A DNA stretch of 32,000 nt. Source: Candidatus Saccharimonadota bacterium (lineage in GTDB: Bacteria > Patescibacteriota > Gracilibacteria > UBA4473). A model generated the notes under the pieces. That model had not been told where the DNA came from. It ran no database searches and saw only the letters and a list, made by a program, of their open reading frames with translations. Within the stretch, counting starts at the first letter, position 1; the number at the start of each line of letters is the position of its first letter. The translations under genes and the position numbers were made by a program. Of this stretch, positions 16,180 to 24,719 are shown one piece after another. The stretch spans positions 30,001-62,000 of the forward strand of contig OY781871.1 of the NCBI GenBank assembly GCA_963677105.1, given 5' to 3'.

Positions 16180-17379
16180 ATGAAAATCCCATCTATACCT
16201 TCTGCTCCTGCTGCACCACTTGACAATGGTGACGGAATTTTATTGGATTTGAAACATGAAGAAGTTATTGAAAAAGATAGTATAAAACCTGGAATAAATT
16301 TTGATTTTCTTAATCAACTAAATACATGGATGATTATGAATTCACCTGTTCCACTAAAAGACAAACTTCTTTTCTTTGAGCTTTTAGTTTCAGTTCTTCA
16401 TGCAGGAATTCCCGTCGGAGAAGCGCTTCGATTACTGGAAAAACAAACAAAAAACGAACGAATGAAAATCGTTCTTGGAGAAATGGGAAAAAGCATTAAT
16501 ACAGGATCAAGTCTTGCCGAGTCATTACGTGAGCAATTAGGTGTTTTTGATGAAGCTACTTGTTCTATTGTACAAGCGGGTGAAACTTCAGGAAAATTAA
16601 ATGAAGTGATGAAAGAGTTGGTAGTTCAATATGAACGAATGGATAAAATTCGTAAAAAAGTAAAGGCTGTAATGATGACACCAATTGTCACTATTTCTGT
16701 CATGATTATTGCTGCTGTTGCAGTATTGCTATTTGTTATTCCACAATTAACAGAAATATTCGGTGATGCTGATTTACCACTTCCTACACAAATAATGATT
16801 GCTGCAAGTAATACTTTAATGAAACACTGGCCCATCATTTTTGCTGCTGCTGCTGGAGTAATGGGAGCATTTTCTTATTGGAAAAAAACAAAAACAGGAA
16901 ATCTTCAATGGACTATTATTCGTTTACATATTCCGGTTATTGGAGGATTTATGAAAAAAATGGTTCTCAGTAAAGTTATGCGTATTTTTTCTTTTCTAAT
17001 TGCTTCTGGTGTCCCAATAATTGAAGGATTACGAATTTCTTCTCGTGTAGCAGGAAATGTTGTATATGAAAAAAAATTATTACTTGCTGCAGACGATCTG
17101 ACTCGCGGTATAGAAATTTCCGAAAACTTTTCTGACGATGAAAGTTTATTTCCACAAATGTTAGTAAGCATGATTGCTATTGGAGAAAAAACAGCATCTC
17201 TGGGAAATGTATTAGGAAAAGTTGCTGACTTTTATGATGAAGACTTAGATCGAAGTGTTGGATCATTATCAAAGATGATGGAACCAATAATAATGGTAGT
17301 TATGGCAATCGGTGTTATTTTCCTTTTGATGGCAATTTTCCTTCCAATACTAGGAATGAACGATCATATTATAAGCTAA
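16180..17379 (+). CDS. pilC: Type IV pilus / T2SS platform protein (PilC/GspF/ComGB family)
   Basis: Two GspF-type repeats (FFELLVSVLHAGIPVGEALRLL... and VMRIFSFLIASGVPIIEGLRIS...) and three TM segments. Confidence 0.88.
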   Translation: MKIPSIPSAPAAPLDNGDGILLDLKHEEVIEKDSIKPGINFDFLNQLNTWMIMNSPVPLKDKLLFFELLVSVLHAGIPVGEALRLLEKQTKNERMKIVLGEMGKSINTGSSLAESLREQLGVFDEATCSIVQAGETSGKLNEVMKELVVQYERMDKIRKKVKAVMMTPIVTISVMIIAAVAVLLFVIPQLTEIFGDADLPLPTQIMIAASNTLMKHWPIIFAAAAGVMGAFSYWKKTKTGNLQWTIIRLHIPVIGGFMKKMVLSKVMRIFSFLIASGVPIIEGLRISSRVAGNVVYEKKLLLAADDLTRGIEISENFSDDESLFPQMLVSMIAIGEKTASLGNVLGKVADFYDEDLDRSVGSLSKMMEPIIMVVMAIGVIFLLMAIFLPILGMNDHIIS

Positions 17380-17481
17380 GAAGTTGAATTTTCTTCGATC
17401 GCAAGTAGACTTCTTTTTGTATAGAAGATTTTTTATCAACACTTAATTTCGTGAGATATTTTCTTCTCAATTTCATTGGAA

Positions 17482-18819
17482 ATGATAAAAAAAATAATTG
17501 TTATCGGAAATGGTGGACGAGAACACGCCATTTGTTTTGCTTTACATAAATCTCCACAGTCTGTTGAAATATGGAATATTGCAACAGCAGTGAATCCTGG
17601 AATTGAAGATTTGGGAGTACATATAAAAATTGTAAATACTCTTGATGATTTTGACACGTTAAAAAATCTTATTAAAGAAATTGATGCAACGCTCGTAATT
17701 CCTGGTCCGGAAGCAGTTCTTGTTGCTGGTATAACTGATCTTTGTAATACGCTTTCTATTCCGTGTTTTGGTCCTACAAAACAATGTTCTCAACTTGAAA
17801 GCTCAAAAAGCTGGACGCGGAATCTTTTACTAAAATATGGAATCAAAGATGCTTGTCCTGATTTTATTGTTTCTACAAAAGACCAAGATCCTTTACGAGA
17901 AAAATTTTTTACAAAATGGGATGGACAAGTGGTAATAAAAGCTGATGGTTTGCTTGGAGGAAAAGGTGTACTTGTTGCTGGAGATCATTTTGAAACTTTT
18001 GAAAAAGCTGATAAGTTTGCTCGTAAATCTATTGAAAAATTTGGTCGCGTAGTGCTAGAAGAAAAACTTATCGGTATTGAATTTAGTCTCCTTTCAGTAG
18101 TAGATGGAGAAAATATATTGGATTTTCGTGCCTGCCAAGATCACAAACGTGTCGGAGAAAATGATACAGGCGATCAAACGGGAGGAATGGGAGTTATCTC
18201 AGATGAAAAAGGAGTTCTCCCCTTTCTCACAGAAAAAGATATTGCACTTGCTCACGATATAACTGTACGAACTATGAAGGCTGTAAAAAAAGAAACTGGT
18301 GAGGATTTTAAAGGAATTATGTATGGTGGATTTATTGCAACAAAAACAGGTGTTCAGCTCATTGAATACAATGTTCGATTCGGAGATCCTGAAGCACTCA
18401 ATATTTTAGCAACACTTGAAACAGATTTTGTAGATATTTGTGAATCAGCTTGTGCAAGAAATTTAAAACAAATTCCTACTATTAATTTTTCTCCTGTTGC
18501 AACAGTACAGAAGTATTTGTGTTCTCCTGGATATCCAAGTGCGCCACAAAAAGGAATTGAAATAAATCTCCCGACAGAATGGAATCATAATCATGCAGAA
18601 TTATTTTTTGCCGGAGTAAAAAAGGAAAATGATAAACTTCTTTCAACCGGAGGACGTGTTCTGGGTGTAATTGGTTTTGGAGACAATCTTAATAATGCAA
18701 ATATGTACTGCGAAAAAATGATGGAAAAAATTGAAAGTGATTTATTTTATCGACCAGATATTGGAACTGAATCCCTTACTCATTCCCGAGTTGAAACCAT
18801 GTCCAATTTACGTTCATAA
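17482..18819 (+). CDS. purD: Phosphoribosylamine--glycine ligase
   Basis: IIVIGNGGREHAI N-terminus, ATP-grasp core (VVIKADGLLGGKGVLVA), YNVRFGDPE and GGRVLGV. I prefer the ATG at 17482 to the TTG at 17476. Confidence 0.9.
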   Translation: MIKKIIVIGNGGREHAICFALHKSPQSVEIWNIATAVNPGIEDLGVHIKIVNTLDDFDTLKNLIKEIDATLVIPGPEAVLVAGITDLCNTLSIPCFGPTKQCSQLESSKSWTRNLLLKYGIKDACPDFIVSTKDQDPLREKFFTKWDGQVVIKADGLLGGKGVLVAGDHFETFEKADKFARKSIEKFGRVVLEEKLIGIEFSLLSVVDGENILDFRACQDHKRVGENDTGDQTGGMGVISDEKGVLPFLTEKDIALAHDITVRTMKAVKKETGEDFKGIMYGGFIATKTGVQLIEYNVRFGDPEALNILATLETDFVDICESACARNLKQIPTINFSPVATVQKYLCSPGYPSAPQKGIEINLPTEWNHNHAELFFAGVKKENDKLLSTGGRVLGVIGFGDNLNNANMYCEKMMEKIESDLFYRPDIGTESLTHSRVETMSNLRS

Positions 18820-18841
18820 ATTTTCTGATACACTTTAGACA

Positions 18842-19948
18842 ATGAATTTCGACAAAAAATTATTTTTAGCGTTCAGTGGTCTTGCTATTTTTGGACTTAT
18901 AATGATGAGTTCAATGTCTGTTGTTTCAAGTTTTGAAGTCACAGGAACAAATGATTTTTATTTTTGGCGACACTTTTTCTTTCTTATAATTGGATCTATT
19001 GCTTTTCTTTTTGCACTTAAATTTCCTCTTCAATGGCTTCGAAAATGGGCTCTTCCCATCTTTATGGCTGGAATTGGAATCATTATTCTCACGCTTGCCG
19101 TTGGAGAAACATACGGAACAACTGCACGTCTTTGGCTTCGTGTCGCAGGATTTTCCTTTCAACCCGTTGAGGCAACTAAATTGGCCGTAATTGTATTTTT
19201 AGCAGCCGTTTTTTCAAATGGAAAAATTAATGCTGATTCTTGGCAAGGAGGATTCATCCCTTTTGTTGTAATATTAGGAATTCCCTCTTTACTCTTAGCC
19301 ATTCAGTCAGATTTTGGATCGTTATTAGTTCTTACAATTGCAGCAGGAACTATGTTTTTCATCGCTGGTGCAAATTGGAAACATTTTTTATCAGGAATTG
19401 CTGCACTTGCTTCATTTGCAACTATCCTTTCTCTTGCTATTCCTTATATTCACCGACGAATAGAAATATTCCTTCATCCAGAACTCGATCCTCTTGGTGC
19501 AGGATTCCAAGTAAAACAGGCATTAATTGCTATTGGTTCTGGTGGATTATTCGGACGCGGTTTTCAAAACTCTATTCAAAAATATAATTATCTTCCTGAA
19601 GTTCAGTCTGACACCATTTTTGCAGCTATTTCTGAAGAAATGGGATTTTTAAGAATCTTGATTTTATTAGGGTTTTACCTTTTTATCGCATGGCGTGGAT
19701 TTGCTATTGCGCAAAAGGCAACAGATGAATTTGAAAAAATATTCGCCGTTGGACTTACTACTTGGATTGTTGGACAAGCGTTTATTAACATCGGCGTGAA
19801 TCTCGCGCTAATTCCAAATACTGGAATTACGCTTCCTTTTATTTCTGCTGGAGGAAGTTCTCTTGTATTTACCCTTATTGCTGCGGCCTTTTTGTTACAA
19901 ATTTCATCGCACACTACTGAAGCTCGTTCACACCAATATGGACGATGA
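18842..19948 (+). CDS. ftsW: SEDS-family peptidoglycan polymerase (FtsW/RodA)
   Basis: Polytopic membrane protein with SEDS motifs (RLWLRVAGFSFQPVEATKL, QSDFGS, LPEVQSDTIFAAISEEMGF, GVNLALIPNTGITLPFISAGGSS). Sits immediately upstream of murG, overlapping it by ATGA. Confidence 0.85.
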   Translation: MNFDKKLFLAFSGLAIFGLIMMSSMSVVSSFEVTGTNDFYFWRHFFFLIIGSIAFLFALKFPLQWLRKWALPIFMAGIGIIILTLAVGETYGTTARLWLRVAGFSFQPVEATKLAVIVFLAAVFSNGKINADSWQGGFIPFVVILGIPSLLLAIQSDFGSLLVLTIAAGTMFFIAGANWKHFLSGIAALASFATILSLAIPYIHRRIEIFLHPELDPLGAGFQVKQALIAIGSGGLFGRGFQNSIQKYNYLPEVQSDTIFAAISEEMGFLRILILLGFYLFIAWRGFAIAQKATDEFEKIFAVGLTTWIVGQAFINIGVNLALIPNTGITLPFISAGGSSLVFTLIAAAFLLQISSHTTEARSHQYGR

Positions 19949-20958
19949 AAATTCTTTTAATCGGAGGCGGAACAGGTGGACATATTCTTCCTCTTGCACC
20001 ACTTGCACGAGAATTTAAAAAGAAAAATGTTTCTGTAGAAATTATTGTGGCAGATGCACCACTTGATCGAGCATTAACAGAGAAAAACTTTAAAGATATC
20101 TCCCTTCATTTTTTTCATACTGACAAAATTCGGCGCTATTTTAGTATAAAGAACTTCTTTGCCCCATTCACAATTCTTCATTCTATTCAACGTGCAAACA
20201 AGCTACTTAAAGAAATAAAGCCGAATGCTATATTCTTAAAAGGAGGATTTGTTGGATTTCCGTTCCTCATTGCTGCACGAATCAATCATCGAAATATCAC
20301 TTTATTTTCACATGAATCTGATATCTCTGCCGGAGCACTCACAAAGTTAGCAAAACGATGGTGTCATTACTCTTTCGAAAGTTTCGGCACTCCCCCACAT
20401 CCTTTATACTTCTCCCCTGAAAAAAATACTTTCTCAAAGACACAGTTTGATGAATCTAAAAAACCACGCCTTCTTGTACTTGGAGGCTCTCTAGGAGCGC
20501 AATGGATAAATGAACAAGTAGAAAAAGAATGTCATGACATTTGCAAGAAGTTCAATGTATTACTTATTTCGGGACAAAACAAAAAAATAAAATGTAATGA
20601 CAAGAATTGTACGCAAGTTGAACTCCTTCCGGCAGCAGAACTGGCAAATGAATTACATAACTCTGACATCGTAGTCTCTCGTGCAGGAGCGAATTCTCTC
20701 TTCGAAATTATCGCAGCAAAAAAGCCAAGCGTAATAATTCCTCTTCCTTCCGCAGCAAGAGATCATCAACGAGCAAACGCTCGATGGTTTGCAAAAAAAA
20801 GATTGTGTCATGTATTAGAACAAGGTTCAAGGGTAGATTTATTAGAAGCAATATTAAAGGCTAAAAATGACGATGTAATGACAAAGAAATTACAAAAATG
20901 TGGTATTGAAAATTCTGCAAAAAAAATAGCTGAAATCATATTAGATTCTTGCAAATAG
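19945..20958 (+). CDS. murG: UDP-N-acetylglucosamine--N-acetylmuramyl-(pentapeptide) pyrophosphoryl-undecaprenol GlcNAc transferase
   Basis: MKILLIGGGTGGHILP N-terminal G-loop, C-terminal SRAGANSLFEI and RDHQRANA. Confidence 0.88.
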   Translation: MKILLIGGGTGGHILPLAPLAREFKKKNVSVEIIVADAPLDRALTEKNFKDISLHFFHTDKIRRYFSIKNFFAPFTILHSIQRANKLLKEIKPNAIFLKGGFVGFPFLIAARINHRNITLFSHESDISAGALTKLAKRWCHYSFESFGTPPHPLYFSPEKNTFSKTQFDESKKPRLLVLGGSLGAQWINEQVEKECHDICKKFNVLLISGQNKKIKCNDKNCTQVELLPAAELANELHNSDIVVSRAGANSLFEIIAAKKPSVIIPLPSAARDHQRANARWFAKKRLCHVLEQGSRVDLLEAILKAKNDDVMTKKLQKCGIENSAKKIAEIILDSCK

Positions 20959-21010
20959 ATTTCTTCATTTGCAATTTGAACTTTGATCTTTCTCCCCTAT
21001 ACTCTTGACG

Positions 21011-22534
21011 ATGAATACTACTCTATTTTTGAAATATCGCCCGCAAACCTTTTCTGACATCGTTGGACAAGAAGCCGTCGTAAGAACGCTACAAAACGCG
21101 ATTAAAACGAATCGTCCAGCTCATGCATATCTTTTTGTTGGAAGTCGAGGAACGGGAAAAACTTCTACCGCACGAATTCTCGCAAAAGGACTTAATTGTT
21201 TGCAGTTGAATGATGGCTCTCCATGTGGAAAATGTGACATTTGCAAAAGCACTGCTGATGGATCGCTTATTGACGTGATTGAAATAGATGCAGCAAGTCA
21301 CACTGGAGTGGATAATATTCGAGATTTGCGAGAAAAAGCGAACTTCATGCCCAATATCGCAAAACGAAAAATATATATAATTGATGAGGTTCATATGTTA
21401 TCCAAAGGCGCTTTTAATGCATTATTAAAAACGCTAGAAGAACCACCAGCTCATGCTTTTTTTGTTCTTGCAACTACTGAATTTGATAAAGTTCCTGAAA
21501 CGATTGTTTCTCGATGCCAAACATTCACTTTCGGAAGATTTTCAATGGAACAGCTTGTCGATAGAATTGACCAAATTTGTAAGAAAGAAGGTTTCAGAAC
21601 AACTCCTGCAGCACTTCAACTTATTGCGAGAAAAGCTGAAGGAGGACTTCGTGACGCAATTGGTTTACTCGAACAACTTTCAGCAGAAACGGAAGGGAAT
21701 TTCGATGAAGAAGCGGTGAGAAACTCACTTGGGATTTCTTCTACCGAACAATTACAAGGTTTTTTCAATGCAATTGAAGCAAAAGATGCTGACTCTGCAT
21801 TCGTTGTGTTAAAAGATATAAATAAACGTGGTGGTGATTTTCGTTCATTTGGACACGATTTTTTAAATTTTTTACGAGAAAAAATGTATACCTCGTTGAA
21901 AGATAAATCCAAACTAGATCACCTGATTCAACAAATCGAAGCTATTGAAAATGCTATTACACGTTTTCGAACATCCCCTCTTGTGGAACTTCCTTTGGAA
22001 ATTGCTGTTTTAAAACTTTGTTCTGATTCAAAAGAAATGATTCCAGCCAAAAAAAATCTTTCTGAACCTGTAACATCAAAACCAAGTTCAAATACTCCAC
22101 AACAAGTCCCTTCTCCTCAAAAATCTTCTGATTTTATTTTCGATGATGAAAAAACTAGTAGTAAACCAAGCATTGAAAAAGAACCAACACAAACTGCAAC
22201 TCCACCAAAAACAATTCATTCGAATGAACTTTCTCCTTCACGAATTTCAAGTGAATTAGAAAAGATTGCTGACACAGAAGGATTCCCAACATTTGCAAAA
22301 AAATCATTACTTGCAACTCGTCCTGAAGTTGATGGAAAAAAAATCTGTTTTATTACCGAATCACAGTTTCATATAGACCAACTTGAACGGGCGAAAATAA
22401 CACTCAAATTACAACACGCGCTTTCTTCTCGATTAGGAATTGCAATTGAGGGCGTTTCTTTCCGATCTACTGTTCCTACGCAAGAAAAAGCTCCTGAAGA
22501 AAAAAACGCCACGGTGGATGATTTACAGTTTTAA
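21011..22534 (+). CDS. dnaX: DNA polymerase III subunit gamma/tau
   Basis: YRPQTFSDIVGQE, Walker A GSRGTGKTS, Zn module CLQLNDGSPCGKCDIC, DEVHMLS and SRC motif. The C-terminal half is low-complexity Ser/Pro/Lys. ATG at 21011; the track start at 21005 is TTG. Confidence 0.92.
   Translation: MNTTLFLKYRPQTFSDIVGQEAVVRTLQNAIKTNRPAHAYLFVGSRGTGKTSTARILAKGLNCLQLNDGSPCGKCDICKSTADGSLIDVIEIDAASHTGVDNIRDLREKANFMPNIAKRKIYIIDEVHMLSKGAFNALLKTLEEPPAHAFFVLATTEFDKVPETIVSRCQTFTFGRFSMEQLVDRIDQICKKEGFRTTPAALQLIARKAEGGLRDAIGLLEQLSAETEGNFDEEAVRNSLGISSTEQLQGFFNAIEAKDADSAFVVLKDINKRGGDFRSFGHDFLNFLREKMYTSLKDKSKLDHLIQQIEAIENAITRFRTSPLVELPLEIAVLKLCSDSKEMIPAKKNLSEPVTSKPSSNTPQQVPSPQKSSDFIFDDEKTSSKPSIEKEPTQTATPPKTIHSNELSPSRISSELEKIADTEGFPTFAKKSLLATRPEVDGKKICFITESQFHIDQLERAKITLKLQHALSSRLGIAIEGVSFRSTVPTQEKAPEEKNATVDDLQF
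22049..22073 (+). other. A8 run in dnaX with stops close by in both alternative frames (candidate tau/gamma recoding site)
   Basis: GCC AAA AAA AAT CTT TCT GAA, with the A run at 22049-22056. The -1 frame reads ..AAA TCT TTC TGA (stop 22063-22065). The +1 frame reads ATC TTT CTG AAC CTG TAA (stop 22071-22073). The run lies at codons 349-351, right after the clamp-loader core (..LEIAVLKLCS). Confidence 0.25.
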
Positions 22535-22585
22535 AAATAATATTTTTAATTCATCAATAATCACATTTTTTATTCATAAAAACTT

Positions 22586-22613
22586 TTGACAAAAACGCGG
22601 AATTAACCACAAT
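22586..22613 (+). promoter_or_regulatory. Promoter candidate for secE-nusG-rplK-rplA
   Basis: TTGACA (22586-22591), 16 nt spacer, CACAAT (22608-22613), 21 nt upstream of the secE ATG. Confidence 0.35.
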
Positions 22614-22634
22614 GTCCACGAATTATTTCCTGTA

Positions 22635-22811
22635 ATGAATAAATTTATCAGCGATCGTATTCAAGAGCTTCGTTCTGTAACTTGGCCAACAAAAAAACAA
22701 GCAACTACTGCTACCATTGCGGTTCTTACCATTATGTTAATTATTGGTTTCGGACTTTCTTTTGTAGATTACTCGCTCAATGAAGCGGTATTGTTTTTCT
22801 TAAATAAATAA
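22635..22811 (+). CDS. secE: Preprotein translocase subunit SecE (58 aa; absent from the supplied ORF track, whose shortest entry is 60 aa)
   Basis: My translation is MNKFISDRIQELRSVTWPTKKQATTATIAVLTIMLIIGFGLSFVDYSLNEAVLFFLNK*. It has the conserved E(L/V)RKV.WP(T/S) motif followed by one TM helix, and sits in the canonical position directly upstream of nusG. Confidence 0.85.
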   Translation: MNKFISDRIQELRSVTWPTKKQATTATIAVLTIMLIIGFGLSFVDYSLNEAVLFFLNK

Positions 22812-22817
22812 AAAAAC

Positions 22818-23366
22818 ATGTCTCGACAAGATCTCTCCGCTGGTCGCAATTGGTACGCAATTCATACTTATTCAGGATATGAAGATAATGTTAAACGTGC
22901 AATAGAACACCGTGTAGAATCTATGAACATGCAAGATTGTGTATTTGAAATATTAGTACCAAAAGAAAAAGTGGCAAGCATAAAAAACGGAAAACGAGTT
23001 ATCACTGAACGAAATTTATTTTCTGGATATGTACTTGTAGAAATGATTGTTACGGATGCATCATGGTTTATGGTGCGAAATACACCGAATGTTACTGGAT
23101 TCGTTGGGTCTGGGAATATTCCTGTTCCCGTGCTTCCTGAAGAATTTGGTCTCATTCAACGACGAATGGGAGAAGATTCTCCTACAACAGATATTAAACT
23201 AAATGAAGGAGATTTAGTTCAAATTAAAGAAGGTCCATTCGCTGACTACGACGGAACAATCTCCGAGGTAAATAAATCGAAAGGAAAAGTTACTGTTATG
23301 GTATCTATTTTTGATCGAGAAACTCCTGTTGAATTAGATTTTGAACAGGTATTTAAAAAATTGTAA
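22818..23366 (+). CDS. nusG: Transcription termination/antitermination factor NusG
   Basis: NGN domain WYAIHTYSGYEDNVKRAIE, and KOW motif GDLVQIKEGPFADYDGTISEV. Confidence 0.93.
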   Translation: MSRQDLSAGRNWYAIHTYSGYEDNVKRAIEHRVESMNMQDCVFEILVPKEKVASIKNGKRVITERNLFSGYVLVEMIVTDASWFMVRNTPNVTGFVGSGNIPVPVLPEEFGLIQRRMGEDSPTTDIKLNEGDLVQIKEGPFADYDGTISEVNKSKGKVTVMVSIFDRETPVELDFEQVFKKL

Positions 23367-23406
23367 ATTACGCACATAGCTTCACTATTTTAAAAACTTC
23401 AACACC

Positions 23407-23844
23407 ATGGCACCAAAACGACCATTCGTATCCAAATTTAAAATTCAATTACAAGCTGGCGCAGCGACACCAGCTCCTCCAGTTGGTCCAGTTCTTGGAC
23501 AATATGGAGTAAATATTCAACAATTTTGTGTTGGATATAATGATGGAACAGCTGATCTAAAAGGGTCAGGACTTGTTGTTCCCGTTATTTGTTACGTTTT
23601 TGAAGACAAATCATTTGAGCTTGAATTCAAAACTCCATTGACTTCAGCTTTGATTAAAAAAGAACTTGGAATCAAAAAGGGGTCTGGAAAACCAAATACT
23701 GAAAAAATTGGAAAAATTACTCGTGCACAACTTGAAAAAGTTGCTGAACAAAAAATGGCAGACTTAAATGCCAATGATATGGATGCAGCAGTTAATATTG
23801 TTGCAGGAACAGCAAAACGAATGGGACTTGATCCCGAAGTTTAA
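23407..23844 (+). CDS. rplK: 50S ribosomal protein L11
   Basis: KIQLQAGAATPAPPVGPVLGQYGVNIQQFC is the canonical L11 N-terminal domain. Confidence 0.95.
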   Translation: MAPKRPFVSKFKIQLQAGAATPAPPVGPVLGQYGVNIQQFCVGYNDGTADLKGSGLVVPVICYVFEDKSFELEFKTPLTSALIKKELGIKKGSGKPNTEKIGKITRAQLEKVAEQKMADLNANDMDAAVNIVAGTAKRMGLDPEV

Positions 23845-23859
23845 TTATCGCCCCTTTGT

Positions 23860-23883
23860 GGGAGCTTCGCAATTCGAAGCGCC
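23860..23883 (+). promoter_or_regulatory. Hairpin in the rplK-rplA spacer (candidate L1 autoregulatory site)
   Basis: GGGAG followed by or overlapping a 6-bp stem: GCTTCG (23864-23869), loop CAATT, CGAAGC (23875-23880), then GCC. It lies 23 nt upstream of the rplA ATG. Confidence 0.25.
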
Positions 23884-23905
23884 ATTACCACTAACCCTTT
23901 ATAAA

Positions 23906-24592
23906 ATGGCTACACAATCAAAAGCACTCCGTGCTGCATACGAAAAAATTGACACGGAAAAAACGTATTCAGTGAAAGATGCAATTAAAATGATGGTTGA
24001 ATCAAAAACTGTTAAATTTGATGCAACTGCAGAATTGCACATGAACTTGGGAACAGACCCAAAACACGCAGATCAACAAGTTCGTACTACTATTTCACTT
24101 CCTCACGGAACAGGAAAAACAGTTCGAATTGCTGTATTTTGCGAAGACGATCAAGTAAAAGCAGCAAAATCTGCTGGAGCAATTGAAGCAGGAGATGAAA
24201 ATCTTATTGAAAAAGTTGCAAAAGGATGGACTGATTTCGATGTTGCAGTAGCAACACCAGGAATGATGAAATCTATGGCAAAAGTTGCTCGTGTACTTGG
24301 TCCAAAAGGATTGATGCCAAATCCAAAAGCAGGAACTGTTTCTCCAAACATTGAACAAACAGTAAAAGAGCTTATTGGTGGACGTATTGAGTTCAAAAAT
24401 GATAAAGCGGCAATTATTCATACAATATTTGGAAAAGTATCATTCGGCGAAGAGAAACTTCTCGAAAACTTAAACGCAATGATCACAGCGATTAAAAACG
24501 TAAAACCTGCCGGAGCAAAAGGAACATATATCAAATCTGCTTCTATTAATTGTACTATGGGACCTGGAATTTCAATCGAAGTTTCTGATTAA
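23906..24592 (+). CDS. rplA: 50S ribosomal protein L1
   Basis: MATQSKALRAAYEKID...KFDATAELHMNLGTDPKHADQQVRTTISLPHGTGK. I place the start at the ATG at 23906; the ORF-track start at 23768 overlaps rplK out of frame. Confidence 0.93.
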   Translation: MATQSKALRAAYEKIDTEKTYSVKDAIKMMVESKTVKFDATAELHMNLGTDPKHADQQVRTTISLPHGTGKTVRIAVFCEDDQVKAAKSAGAIEAGDENLIEKVAKGWTDFDVAVATPGMMKSMAKVARVLGPKGLMPNPKAGTVSPNIEQTVKELIGGRIEFKNDKAAIIHTIFGKVSFGEEKLLENLNAMITAIKNVKPAGAKGTYIKSASINCTMGPGISIEVSD

Positions 24593-24616
24593 TTCGGTCT
24601 ATTGTCTTTAAAGCAT

Positions 24617-24646
24617 AAAATCCTCGTAAATACGAGGATTTTTTAT
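24617..24646 (+). terminator. Rho-independent terminator after rplA
   Basis: AATCCTCG(TA), short loop, (TA)CGAGGATT, followed by TTTTTT (24639-24644). Confidence 0.8.
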
Positions 24647-24719
24647 TTCACAAAGAATCAATTGACTTTCCGCTTTCTCCATGAAAAAATTCTCCTGTTA
24701 TTTCTTAAAATACAAAAAA

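Noticed and set aside
19240-19587. 115-aa plus-strand ORF inside ftsW in another frame
   Set aside because: It is an out-of-frame overlap with a conserved SEDS gene. The translation (Cys/Arg/Ser/Trp-rich) has no recognisable features.
23768-23905. Upstream extension of rplA overlapping the 3' end of rplK; similar TTG/GTG extensions occur at purF (3456), rpiB (2940), hpf (6947), purD (17476), dnaX (21005) and the 7396-7917 ORF
   Set aside because: In each case the family-typical N-terminus starts at a downstream ATG. The extension either overlaps the preceding gene or adds non-conserved residues.
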